DNA of 64,000 nt from assembly GCA_030141605.1 (NCBI GenBank), contig JAQGDQ010000317.1, positions 209,958 to 273,957 of the forward strand, in the 5' to 3' direction. This document shows positions 53,101 to 64,000 of this stretch, piece by piece. The notes beneath the pieces were generated by a model that worked only from the letters and a program-made list of their open reading frames with translations, made no database searches and had not been told where the DNA came from. The position numbers were made by a program, and so were the translations under genes. The DNA comes from Tubiluchus corallicola (Eukaryota; Animalia; Priapulida). Every line of letters starts with the position of its first letter. Position 1 is the first letter of the stretch.

Positions 53101-55491
53101 CTGTTGTCGTGCGTTGTTTTAGAGCGAAGTGTGTCGCAGAAACAAGCAGAAGCACCAAGTGATGAGAAGAAAAAAACATCAGCTACTCCAACTACTCCAA
53201 GCAAATTGTTTAGGTTAAATGTATGTACTGATGTTGTTTTTATTTTTTATTTAACCCTTTCACTATGTAGTTACTTTTTAACAGGGCCTCTTTGGCTTTT
53301 GCACATTTGACAATAACTTCTTGTGGTGTGTTACTATAAAACAGAATCTTGTACATAAGCAAATAGCCATTTGTTATTAAGCACTAAAATTGAATATTAG
53401 TTTTATTTATACACATGCGCACACATCCGTGCACACATACATGCACTCCTGCATGCACACATGTGCACACCCACACAGATAAGCAAATACTTACATTTAG
53501 AAGCCAATTTTCACAAAAGTCATTACTAATCCATAATACGCAATTATTTTATAAGAATGCAGAACAAGCGACTAAACATACGTTTCACTAACTATCAACA
53601 AGAAATTTTGTATGAGGACATATAGTATTATGGAATGCACCTGGCTTCAGACGCTAATTGGCTGGTTATCGTTACTTGTGAAGCAACTCCAATCACACGG
53701 CTATTAAACTTTTCTACAATGTTTTTGCATGGCCGTAGCAGCGAAATAAACAGACCTGGGTAACTGCGCTTAGTACTGAACTTGGGTGGCAGTGTGTGCC
53801 ACCTTCCATAGTGAAAGGGTTAAACTTTCACTGGTCATATTGTTCAAATCCGAACACTTTATACTAAATTGTTATTTGCTTATGTTGTTTCTTAGTATAA
53901 TGTGTTGCTGCAGCGTGAAATTATGTTCACTTAGGAGTGTTGTAATTACTACTGCTGTTTCTTTACTGTTAGAAGAAATTGTGAGTAGTTGACACTAATG
54001 ATACCATAGTGCATGAAGTCACTTTTATGATAAAATCTTCAGCCCTTTGACAGTATGCTGTTTGCTTGTTACTGTAATATACAATCAGTTTGAAATAGAT
54101 GTAAAGTAAGCAATTAAAGCAGTTAGCTCCTTTCAAAATTTATCGGTAGGTGAGACACGTAGTAGTAGTCAATTTGCCGATATGTGCTACTAAAGCACTT
54201 ACTTATTTGTAGAATTACTTGTATTCATGCAGGTATATTGTGAGAAATACGAAATGGGAGAAATGAGAAGAGCTGTGTTTGTGACCGATTGATTCTTTGT
54301 GTTTGATTTCACTTCTTTTTGAGGTGTTATTTATTCTATTTTTAGTCATACAAGGGCTCGTTTCTATCTCGAGGAAAAGACGCCTTGTCGAAACTTGCTG
54401 TAATGTATTCAAAAGGGGAATCAAATTTAAATGGGCCAAAGAATTCTGGAAATTTCGTCTTTGCTGCTGTTTCTCCTGATACTAAAGTTACCAAAGCACA
54501 GGTAAATTTCTAATTACATGTTTTGGAACTACAAGGTCTGCTTAAGCTAATGCTGTGCATACAGTTTGATGCACTCTGCACATTCTCCTTTATTGCAATG
54601 CCACTGTTCATAGTTTGCAATCCTCTGCAGTCAGTGTAGTCTAATGCTGCATTAAACCTGTCTATATTGGCATTGTGAACACTTGGTGTATTTTATATTT
54701 AACAATGTTACATATACTTGCATAGTCATTCTGCATACTTTTTGTACTTGACATTATATGTGACAGAGATTGATCTCTCTTGTCCTCATGTCCTATCTTA
54801 CTGCTGTGGTGCTGTGCATAGTTAGCTGTGCTCTGTACATCCTGTTTGACTGCAGTGGCACTTCCAGCTTGTTGTACTCTACACATCATGTTTGACTGCA
54901 TTGTCACTTACAGCTTGCTGTACTTTACACATCATGTTTGATTGCAGTCATAAATTCAGGTCACCGTGCTCTAACTATTCTGTCTGGATGCAGTGGCACT
55001 TACTGCTTGCTGTACTCTACACATCATGTTTGTTTGTAGTCATACAATCAGGTCACTGTACTCTACACATCATGTTTGATTGCAGTGGCACTTACAGCTC
55101 GCTGTACTCTACACCATGTTTGTTTGCAGTCATACAACCAGGTCACTGTACTGTACACATCTTGTTTGACTGCAGCACCACTTACAGCTAGCTGTATTTT
55201 ACCTATCCTGTCTGGCCGGAGTTGCACTTTATAGTACCTGCCTGTGCAGTGGCCCAGTGCACAGTTTGGTATTCCTAACTATAAAGTCATTGTACGCAGT
55301 TGCTAACTGTTTGACAGAAAGACAGACAAACCTTTATATTTTGAAAATAATATTGCGAAATATTTTTATATTTCTAGGTGCTTCGCAGGTCTGCCAGCGT
55401 GCCAGCCGCCTCACAGCCATCTACAAAGAAGCCACGGTTAGAGCCGCCTGAAGCTACCATGTCTCAAAGTTCTATATTTGACCTTATGTAG
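35186..55491 (+). CDS. CLSPN: Claspin (Chk1 adaptor), >20 exons; N-terminal exon(s) unresolved
   Basis: Phase-consistent exons include 35186-35294, 35410-35495, 36207-36303, 36740-36839, 37079-38050, 38708-38823, 39041-39225 and 55378-55491. They encode [72 protein letters not shown], three DMDELxxxCSGxF repeats, [30 protein letters not shown]...[15 protein letters not shown]...NSGNFVF and terminal SSIFDLM*. Confidence 0.93.
46672..47404. mobile_element. 733-bp pogo/Tigger-like non-autonomous element in a Claspin intron
   Basis: TIR CAGTAGGCGCCA(T/C)TTA(T/A)TAGACT, TA on both sides, subterminal TAATTGACTCA repeats. Confidence 0.88.
53255..53819. mobile_element. 565-bp piggyBac-like non-autonomous element in a Claspin intron
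   Basis: Perfect 13-bp TIR CCCTTTCACTATG, flanked by TTAA at 53251-53254 and 53820-53823. Confidence 0.82.
54825..55200. repeat. ~46-bp minisatellite (~8 units) with two unit subtypes in the last Claspin intron
   Basis: A shared core tgtactctacacatcatgtttg is followed by either gcagtggcacttacagcttgc (A) or gcagtcatacaatcaggtcac (B). Confidence 0.85.
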
Positions 55492-56899
55492 GACACTAAT
55501 TGTAATTTAACCGCTTTTTTGCATTGTTGATTTATCGTCATGTTATTTGAACTGGTAAAACAATGTTTTCTGTCTCTTCTAAACATGTGCATTGCATGGG
55601 TTATTATATTTACTTAGCAAATGTTTTTCCACTATTTATTCAATATTCACCATTTAATGTCTAACATATGGTATTTATGCACATCATGTTATTGTTGATT
55701 GTGTAATTCAATTTGTAATCTGCAATTTTGCAAATGCTCGGCATCACAAATGTTGCTTTATAAATTATGTTTGAATTTGGGAAAATAGCTCACACTTTAT
55801 TAAATAAATTTGTTTTTTTTAATTAAATATTGTCACATTTCACGTACGTAGTCTGTGAATATGATCAGTTTCGCTAGAATGCTGTTTTAATGAGAAATTA
55901 GGGGAAATGCTATTCTTATGCAATTAGCTTAAGTAGTCAAGTAGTTTCATTGTTTAAATGTTTAGTATTTGTGGTGGTAATTATTCTTGTATTCTTTAGA
56001 ACCTTTACAAAGAGAAATTCGTTAAGGTAACCAGTAACGTGTTTCATAACCACAAATACATTTAATTTTGCTTGTGTGACAAATCCTTCTAATTTCTAGA
56101 TACTTCTAAACATGATCTCTTCTAGATGGAATAACATCTACAGGAATTCTTGTTCATATTTAACTATTTCAAGGTATTTGCAGCTTGTTTCGTGCAGTCC
56201 TGTATATCTTACCTACGAATGCTCCTTAAGTGTTTTATAATGAGAAAATAAAATTATTAATGTGTATAATAAAATTAATGGTGTGGTTTTTGTTCTTTAC
56301 AGAAATTTTTGGCCATTTTAGTACAGTTATATTTGCCTAACTGTAGAGTCCCCCAGGGGGAAGACAAAGCAATTATTCAGCTTGCGTGTTTGTTACCATT
56401 TATTTAGACTCTCTACATCGCGAAATTGTGTGATGTCAACGTTTACATTAGCTAAGTGATGATAAACAATCGACTGACAAATGACATACTTTTATATGGA
56501 CAGGTAGTAAACAACACAACATAGAAACCAACTGTGCTATAGTTTAATACAAACAATAGTATTTACATGCATGCTTACATACATACATACGAGTTTTGTT
56601 TAATAAATAATTTCCTAGATGGTGCTAAACAATTGATAATACGTTTGCAGTACAAAATAATGTAAATAGAACAGTATTCACAAATTACCATTATTGGTAA
56701 CTTGAACTCAAGCTGTGAAAAATTGAAATATTTTGGCTTGGAAATTTACAATGTAAATGGCTAGATGTACTTATGGCAAGGAAACAAGGTTCAACTTCAT
56801 GATGCAAAGACATTTAACGTGTTAAACAAAAATAAACACGAATTAGAAATAAAATAACAAAATATTGAAGGTTTGTTGGGAATAATCACGGTTTGAATA

Positions 56900-57370
56900 G
56901 CGACCGAAGTTAAGCATGTGAAACGTGGTCAGTAAATGCTTGGATGACTGCCGTGTTCAATAATTGTTCTGGGAATTTCAACAGCCATACGAGTTCTAGC
57001 TATACCTCCAGTGAGGGAGATTGTCTCATCTGTACTTGGATAAGACACTTCTACTGGTTCAGCGTCTCATCTTATAGGCCTTGTCAATGATTTTGTTCCG
57101 GTCCTGCCACAACCATCCACTATAAGTATCCACTGAGTGCTGAATTCCAGCAACGTGCACACTGTCTTTGGCCGTTAAATGCTCTAGTCTAATTTAAAAC
57201 AATGAAAATCTGACTCACTGGTTCTGACTGGCCGAGCAATTGCCGTGCTGCCAATTAACTTATTGATTTTTGCTTAATTAAAAGCTGCCGTAGGTTTCTG
57301 CACAGTCTGGCTCTTCCATTGTTGGACCCTCGTTCGGTCATACCGCACATTCCGGGATGCACACCTAACT
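56900..57370 (-). mobile_element. Highly decayed LINE-like 3' remnant
   Basis: GC-richer intergenic patch; the minus strand contains an FPRTI-like motif typical of LINE ORF2 ends. Confidence 0.3.
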
Positions 57371-58104
57371 AATTAGATTAATTTTTTATTTTAATTAATT
57401 TTGAGCTAGAAATTCCATAGCTGATTAATTATTTATAATAATGTTATTATCAAGATTATATTAATAATGTCGCCAACCCAAAATTAATTAAATTTTGCTC
57501 CCAAACTTGAAAGACAAGAAAAAAATGTAAATGTGGTCCAGGGTGTCTGCAATGTCCTTGGTTCAAATTGCATTTCTTCAAACATTTTCTCTTTTTTCAA
57601 ATTTGGCATCAAAATGCAATTAATTTTGGGTTTGTAACATTACACTTACGAATATAATAGATTTTACGATGAATACATCCCTTCTCCGAGGGAATCCAAT
57701 TATTTTTATCCTACCCCACACACTTTTGCACGTCAACATTCCTGTGAGAATTTTCACAGAATACCTCGGCCTTAAACACTTATGGCGATACAACGTTTCC
57801 AAGCTAAAAGGTATCAACATGGGCCGACCAAAATTTAAAAAAAATGTTTTGTGATGATGCTATGGATAATATTTTGCATGTAACCTCAAAACTTTTCAAT
57901 GCGCAGGTGCGCGTGCACAATGAAGCCACGTTATCTAGTCCAGCATTCATTTTAACCAAATTCGGCCATTATAACATTATCGCGTATAAACGTGTGGTAA
58001 TTTTACGTGAAAAACTTTTTCTTTAGCACAATGTTGGAAGTCGGAATTTTGAAGATCGCACAACAAACGCTGATAATTAATCTTTGTTAAAGTGAACAAG
58101 TCGA

Positions 58105-61100
58105 ATGTCGTGCTACTTGTTGATAAATTATTTCTTTTTAGCATTTACTGGTAGGTTTTTTTAGATTATATTATTTAACATGTAATAAAAATTATGAAAA
58201 GTACACACGCAATTGACTACACATGCTTTTACTGTACATGTATTATAAATTTAAACCATTCGTTAAAGTAGAAAAATTCGTTATGTTTACTGTTTAATGA
58301 TCACTATCATTTTTCATGTTTCATTTTCAGTGATGATGAAAACGGCTTGTGTACTCGATTTAAAAAGCATTGCAAAGCCAGGCCATGTGCGATGCTTTCA
58401 ACATTCGCGCTATTATGAGTTATACACATGTTGTCTTCATAGCATGGATAATCCTACAATGGAGTTTTACTTCAAAGAAACCAATGCCTGTGACCACAAT
58501 AGCATGATGAGAAATGCAACAAAAAAGATGAAGATATATATAGGCGCCGTGCTGCCAATAGAAAAGCCAGCCAATAGGCCAGAACTATGGGTGTCTTCTG
58601 GACTTCTTTTTGGAGCTCTTTTAGCTTTACGAGACATCAACATGAATGACCAGCTTCTGAGGGACTATGAATTGGAAATCGTTTTCGGAAACTCTGCTGT
58701 ATGTATATTTGAAGCTTAAAGTTGTAATTGTACTTTGCTATGTAGTATTTGTATACGTAGATTCTAGAATTTTAGATAATTGGTTTTAAAAGTTGAAACT
58801 TTTTTCCTGGCACAGTAATCCTTATACATGGGCACACGCAAGACAGATATTGTCCGTCCGTTATTGCCCACTTTTCGTCTTCTCTTATACTGGTACATAA
58901 ATGGTCCATTCGCCCGCATGACCGCCTTATTGTTGTATAATGGATACTAAAAGCTTTGCCCGCTTTACTAAAACTAAAGAGAATGCTAGCTTACATTATG
59001 AGTTGAATAATATTGATTTATATTGTGGATATACGTCGGTATGCAACCGCAGCAGCGTACTGTTCGTTAAAACATTTCTGTGTTGCTGCGTCATCTAGCG
59101 AACAAACAATGTAAAAAATGTAGCAACGATCTTTTCAATAATTGTCAAACAATGTAAAAAATGTAGCAACTATCTTTTAAATAATTGTCAGATGTACAAA
59201 AACAAAGGAAAAACCAATTTAAAACTTTGTGTTTCTTTGAAAACAATGAGGCCAAAGGAACATTTTCAATTTTGTAGTTTACTAATCAGAGTAGTATTTG
59301 GTATGATTTATTAAAAGCTATAATGAAAGGAAGCATTCATGAAAGTAAAACAAAACTGTAGCTTTAGGTTTGTTTTAGTGCGAAGTTGGGAGAGGGATGA
59401 AAGTTCTATTTCAATTGCTCGTGGATACATCAGCTACTAAAATTGCCATCTGGGAAGGAGGTTGCTCAAGTGTTGTCCTAGCTATAGGTGCTACGCAGTA
59501 TTTCAATTTAATTATGGTGAGTAGTACCAAACCGGTAGCAAGCGGTTTCAGCAACGATGAAGGTTTCAGCCGTAAGTTTTGAGTTTACTCTGTTTGCGCA
59601 AATGTGTTATTTTTTTTTATCGCAATATATCTACATGATTTACAGCCGTACGCCTTGTTATCGCTTTCAACAATTGCGACTTAACCATTTAAGTCATGTT
59701 TGAAGTTGTAGATAACTCACTTTGTAGAACAAGAATACACAACTATACTACATATTTGCACAAAACTGAAAAGTATTTATTAGACTACATATGTAGAATG
59801 ACTGCTACACTGAACACTGAGAACAAGAGTGTCCTGCACTGAACACTGAGAGTTAGATAGTGACTAGAAAGTAAATCCAGTCAGTATATATAGGTATAGG
59901 TGATTATGCAAACTTGGCTTCACAAAAACCATTACTGTAAAATAGGGAGAGATCCAGTGAATGCATCGTACAATTATACTGGGTGAGTTTAGCTAGTAAA
60001 ATGTAAAAGGATTAGTTCATAGATGGCAGCACCTAAAAATATACAATTACAATTTCCACACTAATGTCCAACATTTTAAAACAACGAGATTGTAAGTTCG
60101 TACAAAGTTGACAATAGCTACTAGACTTTTTTGTTTACAAGTTTTAGTTATCGTTTTCTAATACTGTGACAGGCTTTCCTACAAAGGTGTGAAAAATGTG
60201 GCAATGATAAATTTACACTCATGTCAGAAGCACTACAATCATATGATAATCTACATAGCTTCATGATACCATTATTTTATGCAACCGGTGTTTTGTTAAA
60301 GACAATACTGTCAAATTTAGTCCATAATGGCATCCAATAAAAATTACAACAATATTACAAAATTACAACGTAAAAAGTTATAATTTAACGTAATTTAAAG
60401 TAATGGTAACAGTAGCCTGTTCATTACCACACTACATCTTTCATTCTTTCTCCACTCCTTATAGAGCATTTCCCAGCAGTACCCCATCAATTTTACTAAC
60501 CAGGCCTCATGTTGTTTAACATTGGTCACTAATACACGTACACACAGGGGATTACTCCCTGCACACCTAGCTAATTTTCAAGGATAATCGACTAAAGCGG
60601 CGTGTACCATACATCCGGAATGCATTATGAGTTATTGCCTATTCAGTGGCGTATAAATAATCCCATAAGAATAACTGCAGAAAAAATGACGCAAAAACGC
60701 AGAGCTAATAAACGAGTTCATTGGAAACAATATAAAGCGATTTTTATGCAGTAGCTACCAATGCATTCCGAATGCCTGGTAGACGCCGCTTAAGGCCCGT
60801 TTCACAGTGAGGACGCGCAGCAAAATGCCTTGAGGAGAAATTCCTTGCGGCTTTCCTCACGAAAATGGAACACATTGTTTTATATGGCTCATTTCACAGT
60901 AAAGACGCGCTGCAAAATTCCTTGTGCAGTTCCTAGTGAGGAGTTTTGCCGCCAGATTAAGGCTATGCATCCTCCTCGTGAGGAATTTTGCAACATGGTT
61001 GAAATACTGCATGTTCCGTTTTCGTGAGGAGTCTTCGCGGGATTCAGTCTTAAATTTAACTACCGTATTACCTCTTTCTTACTTAACGAACAACCATTAA

Positions 61101-63438
61101 CGCATTTCAGCATAAAATAATAAGATTTAGGGTTAATGAGCTAATGTGGACAATGTTGTTTTCCTAAAACCAATTAAATTACCTGGACGTTGATGTTTCC
61201 TTTCATTGTTAATACTGCTACATCTCGTCTTTAGACTGACCACCATGGCCTAGCACTTCGTCTTTTAGCAGCCATGTGATCGTGAACTTACAAGCTCACT
61301 CAGTGAGTACGTTTATCTTCAATTGTATTAACTTTTTTTAAATTTGCTGATAAATAGACCTAACGCTTTAATTAGCTACAGCAGCCTCTTCAGAAATGGT
61401 TTATTTTGTAAGCTATTTCTTCCCATATACTTTCATACCACACTTTACATAGTACCATATTTGTTTGTTTATTGTACAACTCACTGAAGCAGTGTCCGAC
61501 TTTACCCGAAGGCTTAGGCGAATGTCGGACAATTGAATCTTTGTGAGCGACTTTTCGCCAGAATTAATTGATTGTGTTTATAACACTAGTTTCTTGGCCA
61601 TTTGAGCCAATATGTAAAAAGAATATGGTTTAATAGTTCTAGAAACATGGGGAAAAAACCTTATCGAAACGGTTGGCAAATGTGCTGCACATATAACAGA
61701 TTTAAAGAATAAGAGAGGAAGGCTGTTGCAGTGGAGCTATGATTAAATGCAATCTGCCATAACAACACGGGGAAAATGTCTGTGAGGGCATTAGCGCTTG
61801 CCTATTTTATTCTATGGCATCTCTCATGTCGTCACTGGTCAATCTCGATGTTAAAAACCATTTATAATAATTTAAATGCCATAACGACAAAGTTGTTAAT
61901 TACGTGGCCAACGCTATCCTACCAACTGTCCGACATTACCCCATTTTTTGACATCGCGTAGGAAAACATTTAATTATCACAGCATTTTACATTTTACGTA
62001 GTTATCACTTTTTCTGTACTTCCTGACTCCTTAACAGCATAGCTTTAGTTTATCAGGCATTATACAAAGAAAATTGTAAAAAATATAGATGGAAACCCAA
62101 AAAAGCCATTTTTGTCCGACATTAGCCCATTTTACCCCAATGTCTCTTATAACAGAATGACGATTTTATGTTTTTATTCATGCAACATCGATATTTGTAT
62201 TTGTGAAAAAGAAAAATAACGCATGCATGTATTTATTTTATGTATGTACATTTTCAGATTTTGGAGTGGTTAGTAGAACTTTACTAAAAAATAAACAGGC
62301 CTGACATTACATTGACGTTACATTTGTGCGTAAGAAATACGGCAAGTGTAACTTAGACATGTTATACAGTATAAAACTCGCAAAATAGCTGCAACTAACT
62401 GGACGCGCGGAAAAAACCAGCGCGTTTTCACTGTGAAATGAACTTTCTTTCTGCATGGGATCTCGAGAAAAAATCGAAAATGTTCTAAATATTTGTGATT
62501 TTCTAACTGCAATTCCATGAGTTATTTTCCTTGCATCCTCACTGTGAAATATGCCTAAGATAAGACACTGAATCGGTAGGCGTGTCCAATCCACGCTCAG
62601 TTGTACATCTTCTCTTAATATTGAACCCCTTTTTATGAATTGCAGATATCGTCATTAGCTCAGAGCCAAGACCTGTCAAACAGATTCGAGTTTCCATATT
62701 TATTTCGCTGTTCTGTTGGCTTGAAGGCAAGAATCACATCGATGATCCTGTTAACCAAAGCGTACAATTGGCAGAGAGTCGCCGTCATGCATGACAACAC
62801 GCAAACTTACAATTCCGTGGGTATTATATTGTCACGGGCTTTAACAGAATGTTTAATAATATATACCCGAGTCTCGAATGTCGAGAGTAATTAAGCTCAC
62901 AGATCATATGATGTGAAAATGACATTTGTTTCTGTCCAGACAGTGACAATTAAGCGCGGGAACACGTCCAGTTTGACACATTTATTGTTATTCACAACTG
63001 TGTTATATTAGTTAGGCGGTCATTTGCTGACAACTTAATACTGCTATTTGTTACTGATATCATTATCTAGTCATCATCGTCGTTAGCACTACAGTCATCA
63101 CAAATAACTGTCAGATTATTTTCAGTAGTTAGAACATTATTGCTGTCCTCACTATTACACAACTTCTTGTTAACGTCGTCATTGTCGTCATCAGCCTTAC
63201 CGGTAAAATTTTCCTCTTCTTCCCCCTATTCGTACTCGATGCCACCGTGCAAACGATCGTTTTTGGATTCTTAACAATTACAATTGTGATTATTGCTGTT
63301 CAATGGAATCATGATTTTCTTCTATATTTATTTCAGGCAAGTCAACTCTTAGCTAACATGCTATATGAAAATAACATAACTGTGGTGACTAAGGAACATC
63401 TTCGAAACAACTTAACAGAAATACTACTGAAGTTGAAG
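58105..63438 (+). CDS. 5' part of a GABA-B-receptor-like Venus-flytrap (ANF-receptor family) membrane receptor; exons 58105-58150, 58331-58698, 59379-59516, 62646-62816, 63337-63438; continues beyond the window
   Basis: Signal peptide MSCYLLINYFFLAFTV; IYIGAVLP...ALRDINMNDQLLRDYELEIVFGNSA|CEVGRGMK...GGCSSVV...YFNLIM|ISSLAQSQDLSNRFEFPYLFR...YNWQRVAVM. All junctions are GT-AG and phase-consistent. The TM and intracellular region is not in the window. Confidence 0.82.
59104..59190. repeat. Tandem duplication of a ~43-bp unit
   Basis: aaacaatgtaaaaaatgtagcaac(g/t)atctttt(c/a)aataattgtc occurs twice. Confidence 0.8.
60596..60790. mobile_element. 195-bp PIF/Harbinger-like MITE
   Basis: ~30-bp TIR AGCGGCGT(G/C)TACCA..CAT(C/T)CGGAATGCATT, with TAA on both sides. 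Confidence 0.8.
60794..62555. mobile_element. PIF/Harbinger-like non-autonomous element (~1.76 kb including a nested insert)
   Basis: TIRs GGCCCGTTTCACAGTGAGGA / GGCATATTTCACAGTGAGGA (reverse complement); TAA at 60791-60793 and 62556-62558; subterminal TTTCACAGT and GAGGA repeats. Confidence 0.78.
61130..62138. mobile_element. ~1-kb TIR element nested within the Harbinger-like element (superfamily unclear)
   Basis: Left GGGTTAATGAGCTAATGTGGACA versus right reverse complement GGGGTAAAATGGGCTAATGTCGGACA; internal TGTCCGAC repeats; no clear TSD. Confidence 0.55.
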
Positions 63439-63878
63439 GTCAATGACGGTATCTTATATTACCAAAAGTTTAAAATACTTTAACATTAATGAAGTACCAT
63501 TTTCTGAGCATTTTCGTATAATCAAAAATTGGTAAAACATTGTCAGCGTCCTTCGTCGGCAGGACCAAAAACACTTTTAGTTCTAGTAACACTAACAATT
63601 TCGCTCTTTTTGAAAACTTTTTAGGCGAAAGGTTGTGCAGTTGACTAACAGACATAAATAGCATAGACGACTGGTCGAAAAACGACTAAAAAGGTCGATA
63701 CGTGATCAATTTTGGTCGATCTTTTTTGATACAGATATGCTTGAATTTGGCATAGAAAATACGAAGGGTAACAAATTGTGGTTGTGCTAAATAAATTTTA
63801 AACCTCAACGTTCAAAACTAAACCGTGTTGTAGAGTGTACAGTAATTTAATGTGTATATTTGCTTCGTGTTTTGGCAC

Positions 63879-64000
<122 letters not shown>

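Noticed and set aside
54825-55200. CRISPR-like repeat/spacer array
   Set aside because: The spacers are only two recurring variants, the repeats are degenerate, there are no cas genes and the context is a eukaryotic intron. It is a minisatellite.

Overview
This is AT-rich, intron-rich eukaryotic DNA from an invertebrate metazoan (taxon not determinable from the sequence). There are no prokaryotic features, CRISPR arrays or rRNA/tRNA genes. Manual splice reconstruction gives seven genes in order: (1) the last three exons of an unidentified + strand gene; (2) CSKMT/METTL12 on the - strand, with a probable GC-AG intron; (3) a complete 3-exon gene nested antisense in a CSKMT intron, encoding a secreted 132-aa single IGFBP-domain (SIBD/neuroparsin-like) protein with 14 Cys; (4) FHIP1/FAM160A with an intronless 3-kb CDS, apparently head-to-head with CSKMT; (5) METTL26; (6) a multi-exon Claspin with three Chk1-binding repeats; (7) the 5' part of a divergent GABA-B-like Venus-flytrap receptor with a Cys-rich N-terminal extension. 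Introns and intergenic DNA carry decayed LINEs, a Gypsy remnant with PPT and 3' LTR, hAT, pogo/Tigger-like, piggyBac-like and PIF/Harbinger-like non-autonomous elements (some abutting or nested), a dimeric 46-bp minisatellite and a terminal (GA)n. All family assignments come from recognising motifs by eye, not from database searches.
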